A stretch of 63,056 nucleotides of DNA, counting the filler, from Octopus bimaculoides (taxonomy: Eukaryota), in the NCBI RefSeq assembly GCF_001194135.2. It is 6 parts of 6 records of this genome, joined end to end, with 100 filler letters (N's around TTAATTAATTAA, not from the genome) between each part and the next. Parts side by side here need not be neighbours in the genome. Positions count along the whole stretch, not along the records: positions 39,807 to 58,058 come from NC_068983.1; positions 58,159 to 63,056 come from NC_068986.1; 4 more parts are not named here. One strand, given 5' to 3'. The notes under the pieces were generated by a model. It made no database searches, was not told the DNA's origin, and was given only the letters and a program-made list of their open reading frames with translations. The translations under genes and the position numbers were made by a program. Within the stretch, counting starts at the first letter, position 1, and each line of letters starts with the position of its first letter. This document shows positions 52,602-63,056 of the stretch, piece after piece.

Positions 52602-53630
52602 GATTGTGAGAAGGCATTTGACAATGTGTACAGGGTGACACTGTGGCAACTGCTTTGACATTTTAGTATCACCGAGATCATTTCTTTGGCCAGAACTATT
52701 TACGAACGATCAACCTATCAAGTTGTACATAATGAAATTTTGAGTCAACCATTCACAATCTTGACGGAGGTGATTCAGTGATGTCTGCTGTCTCCTTTTC
52801 CTAATGGCGATTGCCAATTGGCGGTGAAAAAAAACCCCAACCAAAGTACAATCCAGAGGAATACAATGGTCCTTCTCCAACCACTAAGAAGATATCGACT
52901 TTGCTGATGACAATGCCCTCCTCTCCTAACGCCACATTAATCTGGGACAGCAATGGGTGTAACATCCATAAAAGTTGGTCTCAAGATCAATAACGGGAAG
53001 AGAAAAAGCAAGAGAGTGCAAGTGGCCAACGATGTTAGTTTCACAATGAGTGGAGAGAAAATTATAAATGTCGGTCATTTCAGAAACCTGGGAAATGTTG
53101 TCAATAAAGAGGAAGAGATCAGGACACAAAAACAAGGATTTGGGAAGCTACAGTTGCTTTCGGGATGTACAGACCTTATCAACTAGCACAAGATCTAGTA
53201 TCTTTAACACGATTGTGAAGACGGTTATACTGTACGAGTGTGAGGCATGACAAATCACAAATTTTCCATCGACAAGCTCCAATCGTTTGTGAACAGAAGT
53301 TTGTGGAACATTCTTCAAGTGAGATGATAAGACAGACTCACAAACCAAAAATTATGGAGTAAAAGCGAACCAGCAGCCTATGGAAACAGCGGAAATGCGT
53401 TGGGTTAGAACTCATTCTACGGAAATCTGTTGCCAACATTACAAAGCAACTCTTTCCAATGTAAGACGGAAGAGTTGCAGACCAAATCAACATGGAGAAG
53501 CTTCACAGAAACTGAAGCACTGGCAGGCAGTTAGACCTGGAGACAACTGCAATCCATTGCCAAAGATTGACACAGATGGAGATCTCTTGTTGGTACACAA
53601 TACTCCATATGGAATCAAGAGAGTTAAGTA
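52602..53630 (+). mobile_element. RTE LINE 3' part: RT to 3' end
   Basis: DCEKAFD, CLLSPF, EDIDFADDNALLS, IFNTIVKTVILYECE, KLQSFVNRSL; many stops. Confidence 0.85.
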
Positions 53631-53783
53631 GAAGAAGCCAATTCATTGCCTTGACCCTTACTTTAGCTTAATGACACCCTACCCACACCCCGCCAGGAAA
53701 TAAAAAATACAAAGTTGACCCCGGTGGGATTTAAACTCAGATCATTGTGTATCAGAACAAATAGTGCGGCGGCGGCGGCGGCG

Positions 53784-53826
<43 letters not shown>

Positions 53827-53829
53827 TAG

Positions 53830-54212
53830 TATAGAAACAAAGGTCAGGTTTGGTCTTATTCCTGGTAGGATTTTTGTAGGTAGTCGGTTACTACCTGTAT
53901 CCTTAGGTATCCACACGTTTTCGGCAGCCTTTCAAGTACTTAGAACCCTTCTGATAATCTTTGCTGTCCCCAAGCGGCAAACTTTCTGTAGGAGCTCTAC
54001 CTGGTATTCTATTTCAATCTCCTTCAGCCATTTATCTATATCTTAGCTTACAGTTCCCAATGCACCAATTATTATAGGCACGACCTTTACTGTTCACATG
54101 CTCCAAATCCTTCCCATTTCATATTTTATGGGATTGTGTTTTTCTTTGCGATGATGGGTCGATAAGTAAGCAACTTCTCTTTTCCTTATCTATGATTGTA
54201 ATATCTGGTCTA
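53830..54212 (-). mobile_element. R4/Dong-like LINE 3' end
   Basis: NNRPDITIIDKEKR, KVVPIIIGALGTVS, ELLQKVCRLGTAKIIRRVL*; ends at a (CTA)n run. Confidence 0.75.
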
Positions 54213-54653
54213 TTATTTTCTAACTTCTGTCTGCTTTCTCCTTTCTGGTTTTGAGAAGCCTAATTTCTCAAGATTGGTATTTAGGCAGTGTGTAACATAT
54301 TCCAGGGCCCCAATAATTACAGGTATAAACCTGAACTTGTAATCTGGATAGAGTAACTGCAGATTTCTCAATAGTTCAGCATAGGTGTTCTCTTTTTCAC
54401 TGATCTTCAGCTTTATGTTAACATCCGCTGGGCAGATAATTTCCACAACTGTGCACAGTTTCTCTTCTCTATCCCAAATCATTATATCAGGCCTGTTGTG
54501 CTTACATTTTATTGAGGTTTTCACTGGGACATTCCACCAGTACTCCTTTTCATTATGAGTGGCTATAGCTTCTACCATACTGTGGTTTCTTATTTCTTTG
54601 TCCTCGGGTTTATCCTTTCGACGGACCTCGTTATACAGTGTCCTAGCTACATC

Positions 54654-54655
<2 letters not shown>
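54213..54655 (-). mobile_element. R4/Dong-like restriction-like endonuclease domain, open frame of about 146 aa
   Basis: HNRPDIMIWDREEKLCTVVEIICPADVN...EKENTYAEL...FIPVIIGAL (PD-D/E-x-K type). Confidence 0.85.
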
Positions 54656-54686
<31 letters not shown>

Positions 54687-54932
54687 TGTATGTACGTATG
54701 TATGTATTATGTATGTATGTATGAATGCATATATATGTGTGTGTGTGCGTGCGTGTGTGTGTGAATGAGTTGGGAAACGAGAGAGGCAGAGAAAGAAGAG
54801 GGAAAGTGAGAGATAGAGGGAGAGGAGGGAGAGAGTGAAAAAGCAAGAATACAACAATAGCTAAATCTGTGTCAGGGTTATATGGAACTAACACACATAT
54901 AATACTGTATAGAACAAATGCACATATTATTA

Positions 54933-54995
<63 letters not shown>

Positions 54996-55507
54996 CAATG
55001 TACACATCTGCTGGCAGAAAAAAAAGGATATCTTTGATCCATTTGTTGCCAAATCAGATAACTAAATGTATACGACACGGATAAATATTCTTAGCATTAT
55101 TTTTAAATATGAGAGTGAATTGGGAAAGAGTGAGAGAGGGAGAGAAAGAGACAGACAGACAGACAGACGGAGGGGGCGGAGTGAATAGTGCCTTAGGTAT
55201 TATATGTAGAAGAGTTCTTTAAGATTGATGCAATATCTGTCTACCCATTTGTTTTATCTTAAATATGTATCAATGTTTTAATGTTCGCAGAAGACAGACA
55301 CAGTAGTCTTTTTTGATATTCATTACTGTACATAGACTGGGAGGAAGGGTAGGAGAAATGAAGGAAGGAAGTGAGAGAGAAAGAGCTTAAAGGGAGAAGG
55401 AAAGGAAAGAAAGAAGGAAGCAAGAAAAAGGGAAAATGAAAGAAAAGAAATTGAGAAAGGCAAGAAAGAAGAAAGGAAGCCAGAATGAAAAAAGAAGGAA
55501 AGATGGT

Positions 55508-55569
<62 letters not shown>

Positions 55570-55620
55570 AAGAAAGATGGTAAGAAAGAGAGAGAGAAAG
55601 AGTGTGTGAGAGAGAGAGAG

Positions 55621-55651
<31 letters not shown>

Positions 55652-55714
55652 ATTGCCTGAAACGTTGATATCTAAATACATGGAAATATCTGTAATATTT
55701 ACTTGTATTTGTAG

Positions 55715-55842
55715 GATACAATAATCTATTCTCTGATCTACAACACAGCCTGGCGGCGGATATCACACTTTATTCGTATCTCAGAGGTCTTATGCTAATT
55801 TTATTGGCTAAAACTATCCATTTTGTTTCTGTATGGAGAGAG
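55715..55842 (+). CDS. Candidate internal exon of a polycystin-1-like (PKD1L1-type) gene
   Basis: tttacttgtatttgtAG acceptor and G|GTGAGT donor; open frame (G)[42 protein letters not shown] resembles, from memory, PKD1L1 GLCRAFMDL...WLRGILLFL..LK. Only one exon found. Confidence 0.55.
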
Positions 55843-55883
55843 GTGAGTGGGGTAAGATTTACAGAAAACTTCTACCTTCTCCC

Positions 55884-56003
<120 letters not shown>

Positions 56004-56615
56004 ATTTTATGGTATGTCTACAAATGTTTCATTAAGAAGTTTTATTGTGATGTAACATCCTACAAGTAGGCCTGTATAGACACACACTTTCTATAGAATT
56101 ATGCAATACGTTACATTGAAACGTTCAGATCTTCAGGTTAGACCATAATTAAAACAGGTAAATAATTGATATGTCGCTATGTTGAGTGCATTGCAGCATT
56201 GGAAGAATCGGAATGAAAAATATACAGCTTATTCATATATGGAAGTCAGCTGGTATACAATCGGCCAATCAGAGCCGTAGGAAATTTAAGATGTTCAGAG
56301 AATTGACAACAGAAAATGGGTGTGCTGAGTTGTAGAAGTAGAAGTAGTAAGGGGGTTTGTTGTGATTGATGAGAAAAAAGAGCAAAAACGTTGTATGGCA
56401 CCTCTTATCTCCATAAAATCGTTAACTTAACCATCCAACGTAGAATCAAATATTAGCGTCGGAATTTTTATTATCTTCGAAAACTGGCATCAACTTTCCA
56501 ATCCAAACTTTGTCAATGTGTTGAAGTATGTTGAAGAAACCATTAGCCAAAGAGACAATACATATTCAATTATATTGTGCAGTATGTAGTGCACTGTATG
56601 GCATGTGTATATATG

Positions 56616-56673
<58 letters not shown>

Positions 56674-57021
56674 CATATATATAAGTTGATAAACCAATGA
56701 AATTTACGCTCTTAATGTTAAGCTATACAAATATCGTTAGTTTAATTACCGTAGAATAAATAAATAAATAAAAATAAACTCTAATAAAATGCGAAATATA
56801 ATAAATTAATATATAGGGAAGGAAATTTAAGAAAGGACAGAGAAAAAGTAACTAAGTGAAATAGCTGTAATTACAAAACAGAGAAAGAGGTAAATTTGTT
56901 TGGTTCAAATAGACTCAGATATATTGGGTAATTTAAACATAGGTAGTTCTCAGTTTGAATTGGTATACAATTAAAACTATACTAGTTTAATTACAGCAAT
57001 TGAACTAGTGTAGTATTATGT

Positions 57022-57079
<58 letters not shown>

Positions 57080-57160
57080 AAATATATAGGTGCAAAACAA
57101 GGTGGAGAAAATTGTACCTGAATACCAAAGGTAGAGTAAACTACTGTACTGTATTCTCAT

Positions 57161-57202
57161 AACTGTCTGATGAACGGTTGCGTAAAACTCTGAGTAACAG
57201 TT
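57161..57202 (+). ncRNA. Hammerhead homolog of 11704-11745 with G12A core change
   Basis: aactgt-CTGATGA-acg gttg cgt-AAAAC-tctga-GTA-acagtt. Confidence 0.5.
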
Positions 57203-57233
57203 TGTGAAGGCGTTTTTTCAGCCTCGATAAAAG

Positions 57234-57280
<47 letters not shown>

Positions 57281-57772
57281 ACACATGCGCGCGCGCGCAC
57301 ATGTGTATAGATATACGCACATACATGCATACATATATACAGCATGCATATATGCATACATGTGTGCTTGCGCGAGTGTGTGTGACCTTAGGTCGATCAC
57401 GACATTCGAAGAAGTGAATGAACTTTAGAATTATTATTACATATTTCCATATATTATGGTGTGTGTTGCATAACCTTGTATGAGATATGGAATAAATGAT
57501 ATCGTAATTTTGCAGAAACAACTGTAATGTCAATTTGATTTCTCCTTTCTTCGTTTAATTTTTATTATTCACTCTGCAACGCTTATATTAAGCTAACTGG
57601 GTCTTACCTTGGAGCTGTGTAGTGCTCCCTTTAAGATCAATTGATTTTGGAATACTACGTTAGCCACGATCTTGCATGATGTGCTGATGGGGCAATAGCC
57701 AGGATTATAATTATTTCCTCAAATCTCATTGGTACACACACACACACACACAAACGCGCGCACGCGCACGCA

Positions 57773-57817
<45 letters not shown>

Positions 57818-58158
57818 TCTCTCTTGTCCCTATTCCCCTCTGCCTCTGTTACTCACACGTGACTACAGGCCATTTCTCTTGCCCCTGTCTTTTCTGGACT
57901 AGGCGTTCACCCGGTTGGATGTCATTTTTCTCGGCTCCCGACATCTATCAATATTCTCTTCTAATTATTCTATTCTACTATTTCTTCTCTTCTAACTATT
58001 CTATTACTTTGAAAAAATTTCTCCCCGGCGTTACCCATTATAATTCGTCTTGGTTTAANNNNNNNNNNNNNNNNNNNNNNNNNNNNNNNNNNNNNNNNNN
58101 NNTTAATTAATTAANNNNNNNNNNNNNNNNNNNNNNNNNNNNNNNNNNNNNNNNNNNN

Positions 58159-58536
58159 GCTAGGTATTTCTCCTGCAACTGTCTCACTAGAAATAAGGCA
58201 TCAGTAGTGCTTTTACCTGGCACGAACCCAAACTGCATCTCATCTAAATTGATTCGCTCCCTAATTAGTTGGGCTATGACCCTCTCTGTAACTTTCATAA
58301 CCTGATCTAACAGTTTGATGCCTCTGTAATTATTTGTATCTAAAGCGTCACCTTTACCTTTGTAGCAGTTGACTATGATGCTGCTACACCATCATTGGGT
58401 ATGACTCCTTCGTGTATCACCTGGTTCGTAATACGGGTGACTAGGCTATAGCCAACACTGCCAGATATTTTGAGCATCTCTGCAGTGATTCCTGATGGGC
58501 CGGGGGCTTTCCCGGTCTTCATACTCTTAATTGCTT
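58159..58536 (-). mobile_element. RTE/BovB-like RT N-terminal fragment
   Basis: MKTGKAPGPSGITAEMLK...YKGKGDALDTNNYRGIKLL...QFGFVPGKSTTDALFLVRQLQEKYL; one frameshift; truncated by gap. Confidence 0.9.
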
Positions 58537-58584
58537 ATGTTTGTATATATATGTTTGTATATGTATATGTGTGTGTATGTATTT

Positions 58585-58796
58585 GTGTCCATGTTTGTCC
58601 TCCACCACTGCTTGACAACCAGTATTGGTATATTTACATCCCTGTAACTTACCAGTTTGGCAGAAGAGACTGAAAGAATAAGCACCAGGCTTTAAAAATA
58701 GGGGGAAAAAAAGAGTTCTGGAGTCAATGTATTTGACAAATTCTTCATTCCTGCAGACTAATGACTGAAACACGTAAAAGAATAAGAGAATAAAGG
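58585..58796 (+). mobile_element. SINE family A 3' half (old)
   Basis: gtttgtcc..ccactgcttgacaacc...gactgaaacacgtaaaagaataag. Confidence 0.7.
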
Positions 58797-58799
58797 AAA

Positions 58800-58830
<31 letters not shown>

Positions 58831-59567
58831 CTATCAATCTATCTATCTATCTATCTATAAATGCCAATGCATGAAACACTTGGACCTTAATTCAATATGT
58901 TACTTCTGCTAAATATTAATACAAATATGCATGTATGTGTGTATGTATGTATGTACATGTGTGTGTGTATATGCATGTGTGTATAAGTATATATATAATT
59001 TAGTTACAAGGATTTGTTTGAAATAAGCCACATCAACATGTATGACACTATAAATGGCTAGGTGCAATAACATTGAGCACACAGTGAGGTAAACAACATT
59101 GAAGACATCGAGTGTTGGTAGGATATAGCAAATATGCAAGTGGTTGGTCTTGGGCTGGGATAGGCAAAAGTGGACACAAATGTTGTTTAAAATTTATGAT
59201 AGCTGTTTTGGTAAAATCATATTAATTTTTATTAATAATATTATTATTATGGACTTCTGGCGATGCATGCTCAATGATATACAATAGCTCCTATTAAACT
59301 GTCCCCAAATCACCTTTAAATCAATGGTACTGTCTTTAAAAAATTTGGAAAGTGATATTGGATAAGGTAGATTTTCACATGCGCATGTACACACAGATAC
59401 ACACACACACACACACATGTACAGGATTCTATTTAAGTAATATATGCATGCATATATACATATATACACACACATACATGCACACACATACACACACACA
59501 TATATGTGTATTTATATATATGTATATGTACAATATATACATATGTATCTATCTATCTATCTATCTA

Positions 59568-59635
<68 letters not shown>

Positions 59636-61311
59636 CATGTGCACACACACACAATTATAGAGACACATAAATTATTTATGTATAAATAAGTAATTTCTTG
59701 CAGGTATTAATTGCAGAATCAATAAGCAAATTTTAAAAGAAAGCTACAGTACTGTTGAGGCAATGATGTTTGAAATTTTATGCAAAATCATTCCAACAAT
59801 AAAAAAATGATACTACTAATATCCTAAAAAATTATCTCCTGAGAGAAGCTGACAAAAACATTATCTCAAAGTGAAATGTAAGAGACTGTAATTTAGATTG
59901 GGTATAAATTGTAATCTCCATGATTTTCTTGCAGTGCTTCTGAGACTGGCAGTGGGAAAAATAATGAAGGAATTGTTGCTCATTTGTTGCTTCAGGAAGT
60001 ATTGAGCTGCCCTTGAAGTGGATGACTAGTACAAAAGCTTGTAACATAAGGCCTGATGAGTTACACAGACTTATGCTGTAGCTGTAGCCTTGTGAAGTTC
60101 AGTGGGGGTAAGATTAGGGACAACTAGAAGAATGAAATTTGCTTTATGAAGTAATGTTTTATAGTCTTGGAATAACAGTATTTTCTCCAGTTCTGATTTA
60201 GAATTCTGATTTAGAATGTTATATCCATAAGTAGCATGCATTACCTCACAGGTTGATATTATATGAGGCCAGATGAATATGATTACTATAAAAATGAGGA
60301 TAGAACATGCTTATCCTTTAGCAGGATTTAATTTAGTCCTTATTAAGAGAAACAGGAAAAAAAAAAAAAAAAAAATCAATCAGCCAATAACAAATTATAT
60401 GTATTCTACTGAGTTAAATTCTATATATGTATTCCTGGATTTTAGAATAAGTACTCAATTTCTTTATCTATCATAAGAGGTGATAAAAGATTTGGTATCT
60501 AGAAGGGCAACTGGTTGTAAAACACTACTTTTGAAAAGTCTTGTACAGAACATTCTAGCTTGGAAAAGCAGATGTAAAAATGATGGTTAGGTTTCTGCTG
60601 ATTCAATAACCAACATATTAGTTTAGGTACACATGAGTACATAAGATAGCTGAGCTAAAACTGGTTGGTGAAATGGTGGAGTGTGTTAACTTTTATCGTC
60701 AGTAGTGTTGGCACCATAAAAGCAATTTTAAGTTATGTGCATCAAAATATCAGATTTGACAGCAGAAAGGAAAGAGACAAATGCTTGATTGAGAAAAATG
60801 AAACAATCAGAAATTTTGAGTATTTTGTCTGGTTGTATTCTTAACAAATGCCCATATAAGAAAAAAAAAAAAAGCAAAACAAAACAGATATAAGCTAGTT
60901 ATTTCAAACAATGATCTAACCAGACAAATTTCGAATTGATTCATGACAATGTTGGCATAACCAGGTAATTGATTTCAGGTAATTACTTATGATTACTTCA
61001 ATAGAGATAAACTCCAAAGCACTTGTGGATTGTATTTCTATGTTATTTATTCTCCAAACAATTCCGGAAAAACTATGTCTACCTTGATATATTCAATATT
61101 CTAGTGATTAAAATGAAAATAAATAAGTGTAACCCTTAACAAGACTAATAAGATATGCTATGGATGAGTGCTTTCATGGTTGACAGAATGGAATTTCATA
61201 TTAGTGTAACATAGTTTCTATTTTTGATCTTCGAAAGTAAAGTTAGCTCAGAATTACATTACTCCATAACTGAACACTTCACTGATTCTAATTTCTATAA
61301 CAAAAGAATTA

Positions 61312-61470
61312 CAGGCATAACTGTGTGGTTAAGAAGCATGTTTTGCAACCATGTGGTTTCAGGTTCAGTTCAACTGTTTTGCAGCTTAAGCAAGTGTCTT
61401 TTTTTATACTCCCAAATTGACTATGTTTTATGAATGAATTTGGCAGATGAAAGTGTGTGGTAGCTTGTAT

Positions 61471-61503
<33 letters not shown>

Positions 61504-61625
61504 TATGTGTGTGTGTGTGTGTGTATATATGTGTGTGTGTATATGTATATGTATGTATTCATATATATATACTCATACATAAATGTTTGTGTGTGTATTT
61601 ATATTTGTGTTTCTCACCCCATCCC

Positions 61626-61656
<31 letters not shown>

Positions 61657-61896
61657 CATGTGTGTGTATATGTGTGTCTGTGTGTTTGTTCACCACCACC
61701 ATCACCATCACCACTACCATTGCTTGACAACCAGAGTTGATTTGTTTACGTGGCTTGTAACTTAGTGGTTCAGCAAAAGAGAGCAATAGAATAAGAGCCA
61801 GACATAAAAATAAGAATTGGAGTTGGTCTGTTTGATTAAAACCATCCAATGTGGTACCCCAGCATGGCTTCAGTCCATCGACTGAAACAAACAAAA
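61312..61896 (+). mobile_element. SINE family A full-length, old, with expanded central microsatellite
   Basis: Head at 61312, body gcttgacaacc at about 61722, tail ccccagcatgg..gactgaaac. Confidence 0.75.
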
Positions 61897-61977
61897 TATT
61901 TAAACAAAAGTAATTGATAGACAACAAATCAATAAAATGAAATATATTTGCTAAATTTTTTGCAAAATCATTTATAT

Positions 61978-62380
61978 CAGGTGTGGCTGTGTGGTAAGAA
62001 GCTTGCTCCTCAACCACACAGTTCTAGGTTCAGTCCCACTGCATGACATATTTGGCAAGTGTCTTCTACTATAGCCTCGGGCTGACCAAAGCCTTTTAAG
62101 TGGATTTGATAGATGGAAACTGAAAGAAGCCTGTCATGTATATATGTATATATTTGTGTCTTTGTCTCTGTGTTTGTCCCCCACTCACCATCGCTTGACA
62201 ACCGATTCTGGTGTGTTTACATCCCCATAATTTAGTGGTTCAGCAAAATATTCCAATAGTGAAAGTGCTGGGCTTACAAAGAGTAAGCCCTAGGGTCGAT
62301 TTGTTCGACTAAAATTCCTTAAGGTAGTGCTCCAGCATGGTCACAGACAAATGAGTAAAACAAGTAAAAGAATAACAGAA
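61978..62380 (+). mobile_element. SINE family A full-length
   Basis: Ungapped reference copy: tRNA-like head, CORE-like segment, short microsatellite, body, LINE-like tail. Confidence 0.9.
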
Positions 62381-62769
62381 TATATATATATATATATATA
62401 GGTGTTATTGCATTAAGAATATACTAGAAGTTTCTAAGTTTCTAGTTTGTAGTGTCAGGAGTGTTTAATTGCTTTAAAATATTTTACCTTACAAAAGTGG
62501 TTACAGTAAACAAAAACTTCATAATTATGACTAAAAATACTTTGAGAACATATCGCCAAAACATTTTCATGAAAAACACATTATTTGCATTTTGTGCATT
62601 TTATCAAACTTTGTGGTATGTTATTGGTAACTGCTGATGATGATAACTACTATGCCTCATGTTTATTCAATTTTCACATTCTCTTGTCAAAAGTATTTTC
62701 GAAGACACTGATGAAAGCTATCATCATCCTTTCATGGAATTATCTTTGAAAGCATTAATCTTGATTCTA

Positions 62770-62790
62770 TATATCTCAAGTTAAACAAGC

Positions 62791-62824
<34 letters not shown>

Positions 62825-62999
62825 TTACAAAACATGTATATATACACACACGTACACACAAATATAAGTATGGATGTATGTGCATATACGTGTGTGTGCA
62901 CATATATATATGTATATATGTATGTACATATCTATATATCTATCTATCTGTCCATATATATATATATACACACACACAGTTATATATATATATATAGAC

Positions 63000-63056
<57 letters not shown>
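62770..63056. repeat. (AT)n-rich microsatellite to window end
   Basis: Directly visible. Confidence 0.9.

Noticed and set aside
59704-59810. Possible downstream exon after ttcttgcAG
   Set aside because: No donor; the phase-0 frame stops after 10 codons; no recognisable polycystin similarity.

Overview
AT-rich, gap-riddled eukaryotic genomic DNA dominated by microsatellites and decayed transposons. The repeat landscape looks like an octopod cephalopod; this is inferred from repeat style, not from a database hit. Nearly all supplied ORFs are microsatellite or N-gap artefacts. The only supportable host-gene signal is one + strand exon (55715-55842) resembling the TM4 region of PKD1L1-type polycystins, so part of the window is probably intronic. 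Mobile elements: three tRNA-headed SINE families (A, B, C; about 25 copies or fragments) and LINE relics of the RTE, CR1/L2-like, R4/Dong and CRE clades. There is also a Penelope-like RT+GIY-YIG relic, a DD37D/maT-like transposase fragment, a mariner MITE, two long-TIR MITEs and a Helitron 3' end. The main hunt result is a set of minimal type-I hammerhead ribozyme motifs of the kind carried by Penelope-like elements (best at 47798-47843 and 11704-11745; degenerate at 57161, 2562 and 5645). Several sit in short non-autonomous units whose 5' end abuts an inverted copy of their own tail, and one unit has a tRNA-like head. Other findings are a zero-spacer SINE palindrome, an unidentified protein-coding relic in three diverged copies, a SINE/LINE shared 3' tail and a ~100-bp repeat array. 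All calls were made by eye.
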